Source: an uncultured Candidatus Peribacteria bacterium (GTDB taxonomy: Bacteria > Patescibacteriota > Gracilibacteria > UBA1369 > UBA12470). Taken from it: DNA of 64,000 bases. The stretch spans positions 61,762-125,761 of the forward strand of contig CAYFOI010000001.1 of assembly GCA_964344725.1 (NCBI GenBank), read 5' to 3'. Shown piece after piece: positions 51,839 to 61,247 of the stretch. The notes under the pieces were generated by a model. It was not told the DNA's origin, made no database searches, and was given only the letters and a program-made list of their open reading frames with translations. The first letter of the stretch is position 1. Each line of letters opens with the position of its first letter. The position numbers and the translations under genes are program-made.

Positions 51839-52234
51839 TTAGTTACGTTCTATTACAGCTTTTTTGAGCGCCTCTTCGGCCTCAGGATTGTTTGCAAGTA
51901 GAAGACCGAGATCAGATCTCTTTAGAATAAATATCTCAGAGTCCTCGACAATTTTTGCAGAAGCATTTCTAGCTTCATCTGAAACGAGGGCAAGCTCACC
52001 AAAAAAATCATTGTCAGACAGAACCGCGACTTCCTTACCGTCTTTTACGATTTGAACCTTGCCGCTCTTGATAATATACATCTCAACGCCAGGATCTCCC
52101 TGCTTAAAAAGCTCATAATCAGCAGGGTAATATTGAAGAGTGACGTTGTCGATAATCTGCTTGTGAACCCGTTGATCCAGATGTGAAAAAATAGGTATCT
52201 TCTGCAGAATAGGTAGGATTGATTGATCGTTCAT
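51839..52234 (-). CDS. cyclic-nucleotide-binding domain protein (stand-alone)
   Basis: GDPGVEMYIIKSGKV...FFGELALVSDEARNASA. Confidence 0.7.
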   Translation of the reverse strand: MNDQSILPILQKIPIFSHLDQRVHKQIIDNVTLQYYPADYELFKQGDPGVEMYIIKSGKVQIVKDGKEVAVLSDNDFFGELALVSDEARNASAKIVEDSEIFILKRSDLGLLLANNPEAEEALKKAVIERN

Positions 52235-52375
52235 ATTTTTATATTTATTTAACGTATCAAATTATAACATGAGGTCTCTGCGGAAGTACAACAGCCGTAC
52301 GATAAATGAATAAATTTGAGCGAAAATTCTGCGAAGCGACAACGGCGTATCAGGTTTGAAAGGGCGCCTTAGGGG

Positions 52376-52404
52376 TTGACTTTCGTAAAAATGTGTTTTA
52401 TAAT
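52376..52404 (+). promoter_or_regulatory. promoter TTGACT-N17-TATAAT
   Basis: -35 at 52376-81 and -10 at 52399-404. Confidence 0.6.
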
Positions 52405-52442
52405 ATAACACTGAGGGGATAAAACAAGAAAAACCAAAATCA

Positions 52443-52631
52443 ATGCAGTACATCCAATCCCTGACACCTCGTGCTAAGCTAGTAATTATCGTTGTATCTA
52501 TATTCATTGTAAGTATCACGATAGGACTGTTGGTCTTCGGAGTTAATATGGAGACAGAACAGATTTATGTAGACTCTCTTCACAATGTCAGCAGTGATAT
52601 GATTTTGGTGCCTCACGGAGAGGCTGAATAG
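52443..52631 (+). CDS. small single-TM hypothetical protein
   Basis: 62-aa ORF downstream of a consensus promoter. TM VIIVVSIFIVSITIGLLVFGV. Confidence 0.4.
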   Translation: MQYIQSLTPRAKLVIIVVSIFIVSITIGLLVFGVNMETEQIYVDSLHNVSSDMILVPHGEAE

Positions 52632-52712
52632 TAGTAGTTTGTAGTGGTAGTAGGTAGTAATGGAGCGCTTCGCGCAAATACACTACGTACTACGGATTAT
52701 GTACTACATTTG
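52632..52712. repeat. tripartite element: TAG/GTAG arm, GGAGCGC-TTC-GCGCAAA hairpin (52662-52678), CTAC/GGATTA arm
   Basis: TAGTAGTAGTTTGTAGTGGTAGTAGGTAGTAATGGAGCGCTTCGCGCAAATACACTACGTACTACGGATTATGTACTAC. Confidence 0.85.
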
Positions 52713-52775
52713 CAACCTTCCCCCTGTTTAGAGTATTATTCGCTCTGAACTTTTTACAAATAAATTAAAACGGCA

Positions 52776-55187
52776 ATGCCTGCAAAGAAAAAACACAATC
52801 CCAAGGTCTTAGAAAAAAAATGGCGCGAAATTTGGGATAAAAAGAAACTCTACAAAACTAACTTAAAGACAACAAAAAAACCTAAATTCTATAACCTGGT
52901 GATGTTCCCATATCCATCAGGCGACAAGCTCCATATTGGACACTGGTATAGCTATGCACCGGCAGACTCTTGGGGTCGTTATATGCGAATGAAAGGACAT
53001 GAAGTTTTTCAGCCAATCGGATTTGATTCCTTCGGCTTGCCAGCAGAAAATTATGCAATCAAAACAGGTATCCATCCATCAAAGACGACTAAGACAAACA
53101 CCGATTATATGCGCAAACAGCTATCAGCAATGGGAGCAGCATGGGACTGGGACGCAGAGGTTATGACATCCAGCCCAGAGTATTACAAATGGACTCAATG
53201 GGTTTTCTTGCAGCTTTATAAAAACAAACTCGCGTATCGCAAAGCAGCACCGGTGAACTGGTGTCCAGGGTGTAAAACCGTACTTGCAAACGAACAAGCT
53301 CAAGATGGAACTTGCGAAAGGTGCGATAGCGAAGTTGAACAAAAAGACCTAACTCAATGGTTTTTTGCAACTCGCAAATATGCAAAAAAACTCCTCAATT
53401 ACAAAGGATTAGACTGGCCAGAGAAAACGATAACTATGCAGAAGAACTGGATAGGGCGCAGCGAAGGAATCGACATTGAATACGAAGTTGAAGGTCTCAA
53501 AGATACAATAAAAGTTTTCACAACAAGGCCAGATACAAACTTCGGAGCAACATTCATAGTCGTAGCTCCGGAGAGCAAATTCGTACAAAAGAATTTCAAC
53601 AAATTTTCAAACCAGAAAAAATGCCAGACGTATATCGATAAAGCAAAAAACAAGAGCGAAATGGAAAGGATCGCAGAAGGACGCAAAAAAACAGGTGTGT
53701 TTACAGGTCTATATGCGCTAAACAACCTCAACAAGAAGAAGATGCCGATTTACATCAGTGATTTTGTACTCGCAACAGTTGGTACAGGCTGCGTGGTCGG
53801 TGTACCTGGACATGACATCAGAGATTTCGAATTCGCAAAAGAAAAAAAGCTAGAAATAATCAGAGTTGTGGTCGGCTCAGACGGAGATAAATCAAAAATC
53901 ACCAAAGCATCACAAGTGCAGGAAGAAGAGGGAACAATGGTAAACAGCGGCTTCTTAAACGGCATGGATATCCACAAGGCCACAGAAGCGGTCAAAGACT
54001 ACTTAGTCGAAAAAGAATGGGGGAAAAGAGTCGTGAATTATCGTCTCAAAGACTGGCTCCTTTCACGTCAACGTTTCTGGGGAGCGCCAATTCCAATTGT
54101 GTACTGCGATAAGTGTGGAGAACAACCAGTCCCAGACAAAGATCTCCCAGTAGAATTACCAAAATATGTGGACTTTAATCCAAAAGGTGACGGAAAATCA
54201 CCACTTGCGACATCACACAAATTTGTTAATACGAAATGTCCAAAATGTAAGGGGCCAGCGAAGCGCGAAACAGACACAATGGACACATTCGTATGCTCAA
54301 GTTGGTACTTCTTGCGTTATCCAACAGCCAAGCTAAAAAGAGCAGCATTCGACAAAAAAATGCTCGATAAATGGATGCCGGTTGACATGTACATCGGAGG
54401 TCCAGAACACGCTTGCATGCACCTTATTTATGCTCGCTTCATTCATCGTGTAATGCACGATCTTGGTTACGTCAAAGCAAAAGAGCCATTCAAAAGACTT
54501 GTTCACCAAGGAATGATTACAAAGGATGGTGCAAAGATGTCTAAATCAAAAGGTAACGTTGTTAGCCCTGACGAATTCGTCAAAAAATATGGCAGCGACG
54601 TCTTCCGAATGTACTTAATGTTTATGGGGCCTTTCACTCAAGGCGGTGACTGGAGTGACAAAGGCATTATGGGTGTAAAAAGATTCGCTGATAGATTCTG
54701 GGATGTTATGACGGCAGAGGACTCCGAAGGTAACGACGCAATAGTTCACAAAACGATCAAAAAAGTCACAGACGATATGGAAAAGCTTCATTTCAATACA
54801 GTTATCGCAGCTGTAATGGAGCTCACAAACGCATCTATGAAAACAGGCTTAAATAGGAAGCAAAAGCAAGCAGTTATCAGGCTTCTTGCGCCATTAGCGC
54901 CTCATTTATGTGAAGAATTATGGGAGGTTAATGGAGGACGCGGTAGTGTTTTCAATGCAGATTGGCCAGAGTACGATGAAAAGCTTCTTATTGAGGACAC
55001 AATCACAATTGCAGTCCAAGTTAATGGTAAACTGCGTGGAACTATCGAAGTAGGAAAAGATTCCCCTAAAGATGACGTTCTCTCTGCGGCTAAAGAAGTA
55101 GAAAACGTAAAGAAATACCTAGATTCAGGGAAGCTTGTTAAAGAAATCTACGTGCCAGGGAAGCTGGTGAGTTTGGTTGTGAAATAG
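52776..55187 (+). CDS. leuS: leucine--tRNA ligase
   Basis: HIGH-type motif (LHIGHWYSY), KMSKS (KMSKSKGN), CP1 editing region; ~800 aa. Confidence 0.9.
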   Translation: MPAKKKHNPKVLEKKWREIWDKKKLYKTNLKTTKKPKFYNLVMFPYPSGDKLHIGHWYSYAPADSWGRYMRMKGHEVFQPIGFDSFGLPAENYAIKTGIHPSKTTKTNTDYMRKQLSAMGAAWDWDAEVMTSSPEYYKWTQWVFLQLYKNKLAYRKAAPVNWCPGCKTVLANEQAQDGTCERCDSEVEQKDLTQWFFATRKYAKKLLNYKGLDWPEKTITMQKNWIGRSEGIDIEYEVEGLKDTIKVFTTRPDTNFGATFIVVAPESKFVQKNFNKFSNQKKCQTYIDKAKNKSEMERIAEGRKKTGVFTGLYALNNLNKKKMPIYISDFVLATVGTGCVVGVPGHDIRDFEFAKEKKLEIIRVVVGSDGDKSKITKASQVQEEEGTMVNSGFLNGMDIHKATEAVKDYLVEKEWGKRVVNYRLKDWLLSRQRFWGAPIPIVYCDKCGEQPVPDKDLPVELPKYVDFNPKGDGKSPLATSHKFVNTKCPKCKGPAKRETDTMDTFVCSSWYFLRYPTAKLKRAAFDKKMLDKWMPVDMYIGGPEHACMHLIYARFIHRVMHDLGYVKAKEPFKRLVHQGMITKDGAKMSKSKGNVVSPDEFVKKYGSDVFRMYLMFMGPFTQGGDWSDKGIMGVKRFADRFWDVMTAEDSEGNDAIVHKTIKKVTDDMEKLHFNTVIAAVMELTNASMKTGLNRKQKQAVIRLLAPLAPHLCEELWEVNGGRGSVFNADWPEYDEKLLIEDTITIAVQVNGKLRGTIEVGKDSPKDDVLSAAKEVENVKKYLDSGKLVKEIYVPGKLVSLVVK

Positions 55188-55267
55188 TATAGAAATTTTT
55201 CAGGAAAATTTAATGTGAGAGAAGTATTATAAGTAATGCTCCTCTTTTGATTTTCTCTAAAAGACAA

Positions 55268-55296
55268 TTGACCTGTAGGTGTAAAAAGTATATACT
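55268..55296 (+). promoter_or_regulatory. promoter TTGACC-N17-TATACT with overlapping palindromes (AGTATATACT, GTACAT)
   Basis: -35 at 55268-73 and -10 at 55291-96, upstream of the TA pair. Confidence 0.55.
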
Positions 55297-55323
55297 AAGT
55301 ATGTACATCGTAAACACCGCTGT

Positions 55324-55605
55324 ATGAGCACGATAATCAATGTAAAAACCGATCCAAAGGTTAAAAGCACAGCTCAAAAAATAGCATCAGAGCTAGGACT
55401 CAGCTTAAGTAGCGTAATAAACGCTTATTTAAGAGAATTCATTCGTACAAAAACAATACGTGTAAGCCTAGAGACACCTTCTGAAAAGCTAAAACAAGCT
55501 ATATCAGAAGCGAAAGAAGAACTCGAAAGGGGAAAGGTTGTATCTTTTGATCAGGCAAAAGATGCAATCGATTACCTCGATCAGTTCATCAAAAAGAAGA
55601 AATGA
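55324..55605 (+). CDS. RelB/DinJ-family antitoxin
   Basis: INVKTDPKVKSTAQKIASELGLSLSSVINAYLREFIR is a ribbon-helix-helix DinJ-like N-terminus. The stop overlaps the toxin start (ATGA). Confidence 0.8.
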   Translation: MSTIINVKTDPKVKSTAQKIASELGLSLSSVINAYLREFIRTKTIRVSLETPSEKLKQAISEAKEELERGKVVSFDQAKDAIDYLDQFIKKKK

Positions 55606-55865
55606 AAATTAGCTACTCAAAGAAATTTTTGAAAAAATTTCAAAAAAGCCCCCGAAAAATAAAGCTAGCATTCAAAAAAAGGTTAACATTATTTGTAGAA
55701 AACGAATATCACCCAAGCCTCAACAACCATGCGCTATTAGGTGAATACGAAAGCTATAGGAGTATAAATATAACAGGTAATTGGCGTGCGATTTTTCAGA
55801 AATTAAAAAATGATGAAATTGTATTCTTCATCATGCTGGGGACGCATAGTGAACTTTATAAATGA
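55602..55865 (+). CDS. RelE/YafQ/ParE-superfamily toxin
   Basis: 87 aa; ...HPSLNNHALLGEYESYRSINITGNWRAIFQ...GTHSELY. Confidence 0.75.
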   Translation: MKISYSKKFLKKFQKSPRKIKLAFKKRLTLFVENEYHPSLNNHALLGEYESYRSINITGNWRAIFQKLKNDEIVFFIMLGTHSELYK

Positions 55866-56053
55866 TTTTTGGCGATAGGCCAAAAACTCCTAACAGATTG
55901 CCACGTAAGATTTTTTTAAGGCTTAGAGCAACCTTAGAAACGTCTCGCCAGATAACAGGCCGCTCCAAAGGAGCACAGGCCCCATACAAATAAACGCGTT
56001 CTAAAAGAACGCTTCCTAATAATGCGAGACTTTCTCGAGAGCGAAAAGCATTA
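55864..56053 (+). repeat. mosaic intergenic element, long version (M2, M3, H1 copy D at 55958-55981, second hairpin, M4)
   Basis: Basal stem GAAACGTC (55937-44) / GACTTTC (56028-34) encloses ~83 nt that are absent from the otherwise homologous copy at 23023-23092. Confidence 0.7.
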
Positions 56054-56061
56054 AAACATCT

Positions 56062-56541
56062 CTAATCCACCTCCTCCGCGATCCCGCTCAACTTGTGTAC
56101 AATAATATCTTGCGATAATTCACCGGAACTTATTGCAAACTCCAGATCCTCAGGGTCAGCTTCGCCATCTACATAATCTACAGTGAAATCTCCATAAGGT
56201 GCTTCGTAATATACAGACCACTCTTCTGGATAAGTAGACACACCTTCAAAACTATAGGTCTCAATGGTGTCGGTATCATCTCCATCTATTGTTATCTCAA
56301 AACCATCTGCAACAGTCGTAAGATTTACATAGTAGATGTCATACATTTCCCCATCTATCTCAACATTCTTAATTGCATACCCACGTGCTTCTTGAAAAAC
56401 AGCGATAATATCTTGAACCGTATCGTTGAATTCAGAACTAAGTAAATGTGCTCTCCACGCGCCAATAGAAACAGCAGAAGTCATTGCAACGATTGTAACA
56501 ACTATAACCAACTCTAATAATGTAAATCCTGACCTTTTCAT
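56062..56541 (-). CDS. prepilin-type N-terminal cleavage/methylation domain protein (pseudopilin)
   Basis: MKRSGFTLLELVIVVTIVAMTSA. The start overlaps the rsmI stop. Confidence 0.8.
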   Translation of the reverse strand: MKRSGFTLLELVIVVTIVAMTSAVSIGAWRAHLLSSEFNDTVQDIIAVFQEARGYAIKNVEIDGEMYDIYYVNLTTVADGFEITIDGDDTDTIETYSFEGVSTYPEEWSVYYEAPYGDFTVDYVDGEADPEDLEFAISSGELSQDIIVHKLSGIAEEVD

Positions 56542-57209
56542 TTTTGTTTTTTGAAATTTTTTGGTGCGATCATGACGACGAATTCTCCTTTAGCTTTAAC
56601 CTTGTCTTTGACCTCCCCTGCAGTTCCTCTTATAAACTCTTCATAAACCTTGGTAAGCTCTCGCGCAACAACAATATACCGTTCCGGCATACGCTCCGCA
56701 ATCTCAGAGAGGGTCTTAGCTATCCTATGAGGCGACTCATAAAAAATCACTGTTCGTTCTTCATCCATCATGGAATCTAAGAGCTTCTTCCGACCTTTTT
56801 TAAGTGGCAAAAATCCAAGATACAGGAATTTATCAGTCGGTAGCCCAGAAGCTTGTAAAGCACAAAGAAAAGCACTCGCACCAGGTATAGGAATGACATC
56901 AATACCTTCGTCCCGAGCTTGTTTGATAAGTACAAAACCAGGATCAGAGATCCCAGGCGTTCCAGCATCAGAAATCAAAGCCACATCATCACCATCCCGT
57001 AGCCTATCCATAATTTTCTCAAGCTTTCCATGTCCAGAATGAGAATGGAAACTATCCATAGGGGTCGCAATTTCATATTTCTTAAGCAAAATCCCAGAAT
57101 GTCTCGTATCCTCAGCGACGATTAAGTCGACATCTCGCAAAACTTTAACAGCACGATACGTAATATCATCTAAATTCCCGATAGGTGTTGCAACTGTATA
57201 AAGCGTCAT
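56538..57209 (-). CDS. rsmI: 16S rRNA (cytidine1402-2'-O)-methyltransferase
   Basis: LYTVATPIGNLDDITYRAVKVL...DAGTPGISDPG (tetrapyrrole-methylase fold). Confidence 0.85.
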   Translation of the reverse strand: MTLYTVATPIGNLDDITYRAVKVLRDVDLIVAEDTRHSGILLKKYEIATPMDSFHSHSGHGKLEKIMDRLRDGDDVALISDAGTPGISDPGFVLIKQARDEGIDVIPIPGASAFLCALQASGLPTDKFLYLGFLPLKKGRKKLLDSMMDEERTVIFYESPHRIAKTLSEIAERMPERYIVVARELTKVYEEFIRGTAGEVKDKVKAKGEFVVMIAPKNFKKQK

Positions 57210-57619
57210 TTTTTAGGCATAGTAATATTAGGAGGCTTATCATAGAACGGTTCAACCATATCACATTTCTCAAGTTCTTGAAGACTCAGACCCTTCACAA
57301 ATTCTCCAAAACTTTCCTCGTCTCGCTCAGGAGTTTTCATCGTATAAATAGGCACCTTAAGTAAAAACGCCAAAGTATTCACGATAGTAATGCCAACGCG
57401 CAAAGCGGTAAAACGCCCAGGCCCCTTGAAAACAAAAAGCTCATCAATATCTTGGAAATTAAGCTTGAGCTCCGCAAAAGTATCTCTCAAATATGGAAGT
57501 ATGCGATCACTCTCATTCGCATCTGCCTCCCACGAATCTTCTTTCAAAACCTTGTCATCACGCAAAATAGCGATTTCCGTAGTCGAGGTTGCCGTATTGA
57601 TTGCTAATAAAATACTCAT
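57206..57619 (-). CDS. tsaB: TsaB-like t6A biosynthesis protein (short form)
   Basis: ILLAINTATSTTEIAIL...GPGRFTALRVGITIVNTLAF; 137 aa. Confidence 0.7.
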   Translation of the reverse strand: MSILLAINTATSTTEIAILRDDKVLKEDSWEADANESDRILPYLRDTFAELKLNFQDIDELFVFKGPGRFTALRVGITIVNTLAFLLKVPIYTMKTPERDEESFGEFVKGLSLQELEKCDMVEPFYDKPPNITMPKK

Positions 57620-57689
57620 CGCAAAAGATGGTAAGTTATTTAAGCAATAACATCAACTCAACCACCCCAACACTCCAAGTTTCAAATTC

Positions 57690-57941
57690 CTAGTTCCTAG
57701 TTTCTAGTTTCTTCTTCAAAAGCTCACTCCTCCTCTGCTCCAACTTAGAAGTCAGCTCTCTAAGGTGATGAATCAGTTTATCCAAAACTTTTAAATTATC
57801 CCAATATTTACCTCGAGAAAGCACGCCATTAATTTTCTCAATACATCCCATAATAGACCTTTCGATGAATCCCCCTGCCAAAGGCATTATGTTAAACGTT
57901 ACATCGACGCAGTCCTTATTTTCGCAAGGGAGTTTCTTCAT
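57690..57941 (-). CDS. small hypothetical protein
   Basis: 83 aa. The start overlaps the upstream stop by 4 nt. The last codons (..LETRN) are built from the CTAG word array at 57686-57714. Confidence 0.4.
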   Translation of the reverse strand: MKKLPCENKDCVDVTFNIMPLAGGFIERSIMGCIEKINGVLSRGKYWDNLKVLDKLIHHLRELTSKLEQRRSELLKKKLETRN

Positions 57942-60900
57942 AGATCTGTTATATGTTTGATTTCTACATCAGTGTAATAGTATTCAATGATTTCGTCATA
58001 ACTGCTGCCATCCTCAGCCGCAGCCTCAGCTCCACATCCGCTAAGCCCGACTCCATGTCCACTGAACTCACTCGCATCACAAAGAGAATCAGCAACAGGG
58101 ACTAGCCAAGGTGTATCAGTCCAACCCCAAACTTCCTCAGCACTCTTTGTATAAGTTCCATCTGTGCTGTTGAAGTAAGGCGTCTTCACAAGATTTCCAT
58201 CATAAGTTACGACCAAACCTTCTGTGTCCCCAGCAGCCTCGGCCATATTTGGAGATCTCGCTTCGTAACCATATCCAAGATATTTTTGACAGTAATCAGG
58301 ATCATCATTCAGGTGATATGGGAAACCAGGAAACTTCTCATCCTCATAAATGTAATAAAGCGCGTAAGTCCTTGCCAAGACCGCCATGGTTTTGAGCTTC
58401 TCCTCAGGATCGCTGTTCGAAACCTCAGCAACACCTTTTACATAATCTTCAAGCGGCAGCTCATTAATCACAACAATCTCGCCATCAATCTCTCTGATCT
58501 CAATATTTCCGCGGTAACGATTGTCATTGAGTGACTCATCCCAAGCAGGACGATTTTCAAAATCCTCAATTTCCATAATAACGTCATCGTCATCCGGAAC
58601 GAAAACAGGATAAGAATCAAGAACCCACGCATGAGTGCCAGATCTTGCCTGGAAATATGTACCGTCAAAACTAACATCAACACTGTCATCTTCAGTAAAC
58701 TCGCTAACCAAATCGTCGTCATCATACATAGCAAAATCACCATCAGCAGTGATCGAAGGCTCATCACCATCATAGCTTAAGGCAACTCGCACATCCGGAT
58801 CAGCATAATCACCTGCAGTTCCAGGTACTACAGAGAACTCATAATAAAAACTTCCTTGATACAAATTGCGACCATTTACACGTGGCTTAATATAAATTTT
58901 ATAATCTCCTACCTCGTCAGGCGCTGTAACAGTGAACTTTATCTTGCCGGTTTCACCAGGTTCAACAGAGCTCTCAACCAAATATTCGCTCTTCACTCCA
59001 ATCTCCGTATATTTGATAAATCCAACAGTCAAATTATCATCAGTCCAAGTCTGATAGCCGGTATTAAGAAGCTCAAGAAAGACTTCTTCCTGCTCACCAG
59101 GATAAAACTCATCCTTGTCACTCTTGTCACTGAACTCAGCTTGCTGGGAATTGTTATATACGAGAACTTCAAACGAAGTATCGTCATCGGTTTCTCCAGC
59201 TCCGATATCTCCGAATGACAAAGTGAACTCCTCTAAATAATTATCAGCCTCTGTCGATCCTTCGATAGTGAATTCAAAAGTTGCTGTCTCGCCAGGCTCA
59301 ACTTCGCTTTCACTCATAAGAATCTCATCGAAGAACATTGTACCCTCAAGAGTAGCCGGATAATCACCAGTATTACTCCAAACTATATTTCCAGTATTTT
59401 TAAGTTCAACAATGACGTCCATTTCATCGCCACTCTCAAGCCTGCTACTTCCCAAATCAATATCAGAAACCTCATAACTCAAATCAGGAAACTCAACATA
59501 AACAGGCAAGCTCATGTAATTCGAAGTCTTCTTATATCCATTAAAAATCGGCGTTATATCAAAACTCACAAAACCACCGACAATAGTAGAATCCAAAGTT
59601 ACATCAAAAGTCGCAGTTTCACCAGGGCTAACTTCGTCCTCATTCATAGGCGCAATGCCAGTATTGTCAGTCTTGTTAATGTCTACAACAGAATCCGCAT
59701 CAACATCGGTATTCGACGTCAAATAGGTATCACTATCCCAAGTTTCAGTACCAACATTTTCAATCTCAAAAGTAACAGCCACAGAATCCTCAGGCGTCAT
59801 ATAGATAGGTTCCCAATCTGAAACAGTTTGATATGCATACTCATCATCGTCGTCATAAGAATAAGAAACGTAAGATGCACCAACAGCAGATTCTATATCC
59901 GGTAGCATATTGTAAATATACTCACCAGGACAAAGCGTAGCACCAACATCTCTATGACCAAGTAAGTTAGGGATAACTTCACCCCTAAACATCGAATTAG
60001 CTTCCACATCTATATTATGCTCATCAGAAAGCTCTTCAATTAAAGCCATCAAGCTAACAAGAGCCTCGTAAGTAAGTGGCTCATTCTCAAAATTACCAAG
60101 CATAGCTATGCCAACCGAACCAACGTTATATCCAGCAGCATGTCCTCCAACAACCCCTTCGCCACCATAACGTCCTTCGTAAATATTCCCATATTGATCG
60201 ATAATGTAGTTATATCCGATATCCCCCCAACCACGGGTTATAGCGTGATAATAATAAATAGCACGAATTGCAGCTTCAGGATCATCCAAATTAGAAGTTG
60301 TAGCTGTATGATGAATGATAATCTTGTCTACATCTTCAGGATATTCAAGCGCCCATGACAGCTTCTCTCCTCCTTCATGAGTCACGATATCCTCAATAGC
60401 AAGTTCTTCATCATAAAGCCCTTCCCAAAGCTCACTCTCAATAGCCGAAGAAAGCCCATCATCATCTTCGAGCTCCTCTTCATCTCCATCAAAAAAACGG
60501 TAATCCTCATCAGCTCCCCATTCACTACGGGAGATAATATCCACATCACCAGAATTGAACTCAAGTTTATTTAAATCAAAAGACAAAGGCGACCGAGTAG
60601 TCGCCAAAGTAGAATCTATATATTGGAACTCAATATCTGCGAGATAAGGAGTCGCGTATCCGTCCTCTGAATGCATCACAACCTTATACTGAAAAGCATT
60701 CGAAGTGTCTGTCATAATAAAACTATAAGCTGTACCAAAAGAATCCCCCTTATCTTCAGGATCTTTCTCGAGCTCCTGCCAATCTGTCCATTCGCTATCT
60801 TGCGAAAACCTTATGTAAAGCTCACTCGAAGTGCCGCCTGGAACCTCTTCGTACCACTCCAGACCTACAGCATTAAAATCAAAATCTCCATAAAACTCTT

Positions 60901-61099
60901 CTGAAATAAAGACCTTATCAAGCTGATATTTCGAAGCATAATCCTCCAAAGAAGCTGTTACCTCGTGATCTAGAGACAGCTCAATATCATCATAAATATA
61001 ACCGACCTTAATGTCCTGGGACGGCTCTGAATAGGTAAGAGTGTATCCAAACAACGCAGTTATAAGTGCAACGATTAGAGCGCTAGCAATTTTTTTCAT
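57938..61099 (-). CDS. secreted peptidoglycan hydrolase fusion: Amidase_2 (PGRP-type MurNAc-L-Ala amidase) + Ig-like repeats + SpoIID/LytB domain
   Basis: Signal peptide. IIIHHTATT...GWGDIGYNYIIDQYGNIYEGR...LGHRDVGATLCPG is the amidase. There are 3-4 repeats with V(E/S)PGETATF. The C-terminal YRGNIEIRE...VINELPLEDYVKGVAEV...ARTYALYY...YFNSTDGTYT is SpoIID. Confidence 0.75.
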   Translation of the reverse strand: MKKIASALIVALITALFGYTLTYSEPSQDIKVGYIYDDIELSLDHEVTASLEDYASKYQLDKVFISEEFYGDFDFNAVGLEWYEEVPGGTSSELYIRFSQDSEWTDWQELEKDPEDKGDSFGTAYSFIMTDTSNAFQYKVVMHSEDGYATPYLADIEFQYIDSTLATTRSPLSFDLNKLEFNSGDVDIISRSEWGADEDYRFFDGDEEELEDDDGLSSAIESELWEGLYDEELAIEDIVTHEGGEKLSWALEYPEDVDKIIIHHTATTSNLDDPEAAIRAIYYYHAITRGWGDIGYNYIIDQYGNIYEGRYGGEGVVGGHAAGYNVGSVGIAMLGNFENEPLTYEALVSLMALIEELSDEHNIDVEANSMFRGEVIPNLLGHRDVGATLCPGEYIYNMLPDIESAVGASYVSYSYDDDDEYAYQTVSDWEPIYMTPEDSVAVTFEIENVGTETWDSDTYLTSNTDVDADSVVDINKTDNTGIAPMNEDEVSPGETATFDVTLDSTIVGGFVSFDITPIFNGYKKTSNYMSLPVYVEFPDLSYEVSDIDLGSSRLESGDEMDVIVELKNTGNIVWSNTGDYPATLEGTMFFDEILMSESEVEPGETATFEFTIEGSTEADNYLEEFTLSFGDIGAGETDDDTSFEVLVYNNSQQAEFSDKSDKDEFYPGEQEEVFLELLNTGYQTWTDDNLTVGFIKYTEIGVKSEYLVESSVEPGETGKIKFTVTAPDEVGDYKIYIKPRVNGRNLYQGSFYYEFSVVPGTAGDYADPDVRVALSYDGDEPSITADGDFAMYDDDDLVSEFTEDDSVDVSFDGTYFQARSGTHAWVLDSYPVFVPDDDDVIMEIEDFENRPAWDESLNDNRYRGNIEIREIDGEIVVINELPLEDYVKGVAEVSNSDPEEKLKTMAVLARTYALYYIYEDEKFPGFPYHLNDDPDYCQKYLGYGYEARSPNMAEAAGDTEGLVVTYDGNLVKTPYFNSTDGTYTKSAEEVWGWTDTPWLVPVADSLCDASEFSGHGVGLSGCGAEAAAEDGSSYDEIIEYYYTDVEIKHITDL

Positions 61100-61247
61100 A
61101 TTTGGAGGGAGTTTTATTTAAATTCATGTTCAGTAAATTATAACATATTTCAGGAGAAGATGGTACGATGTTGATGTTGACAAAAGAGACGGAAAGGTCC
61201 GTTTAAATATTCGAAAATCTTAATAAAAACGGAATAAATACAGTTAT

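Noticed and set aside
52632-52775. T-box leader upstream of leuS (and similarly upstream of hisS)
   Set aside because: There is no specifier-loop/AGAGA/GNUGGNA context and no T-box sequence (AANNNGGGTGGNACCGCG-like). The region is made of word arrays plus a 4-bp GC hairpin.
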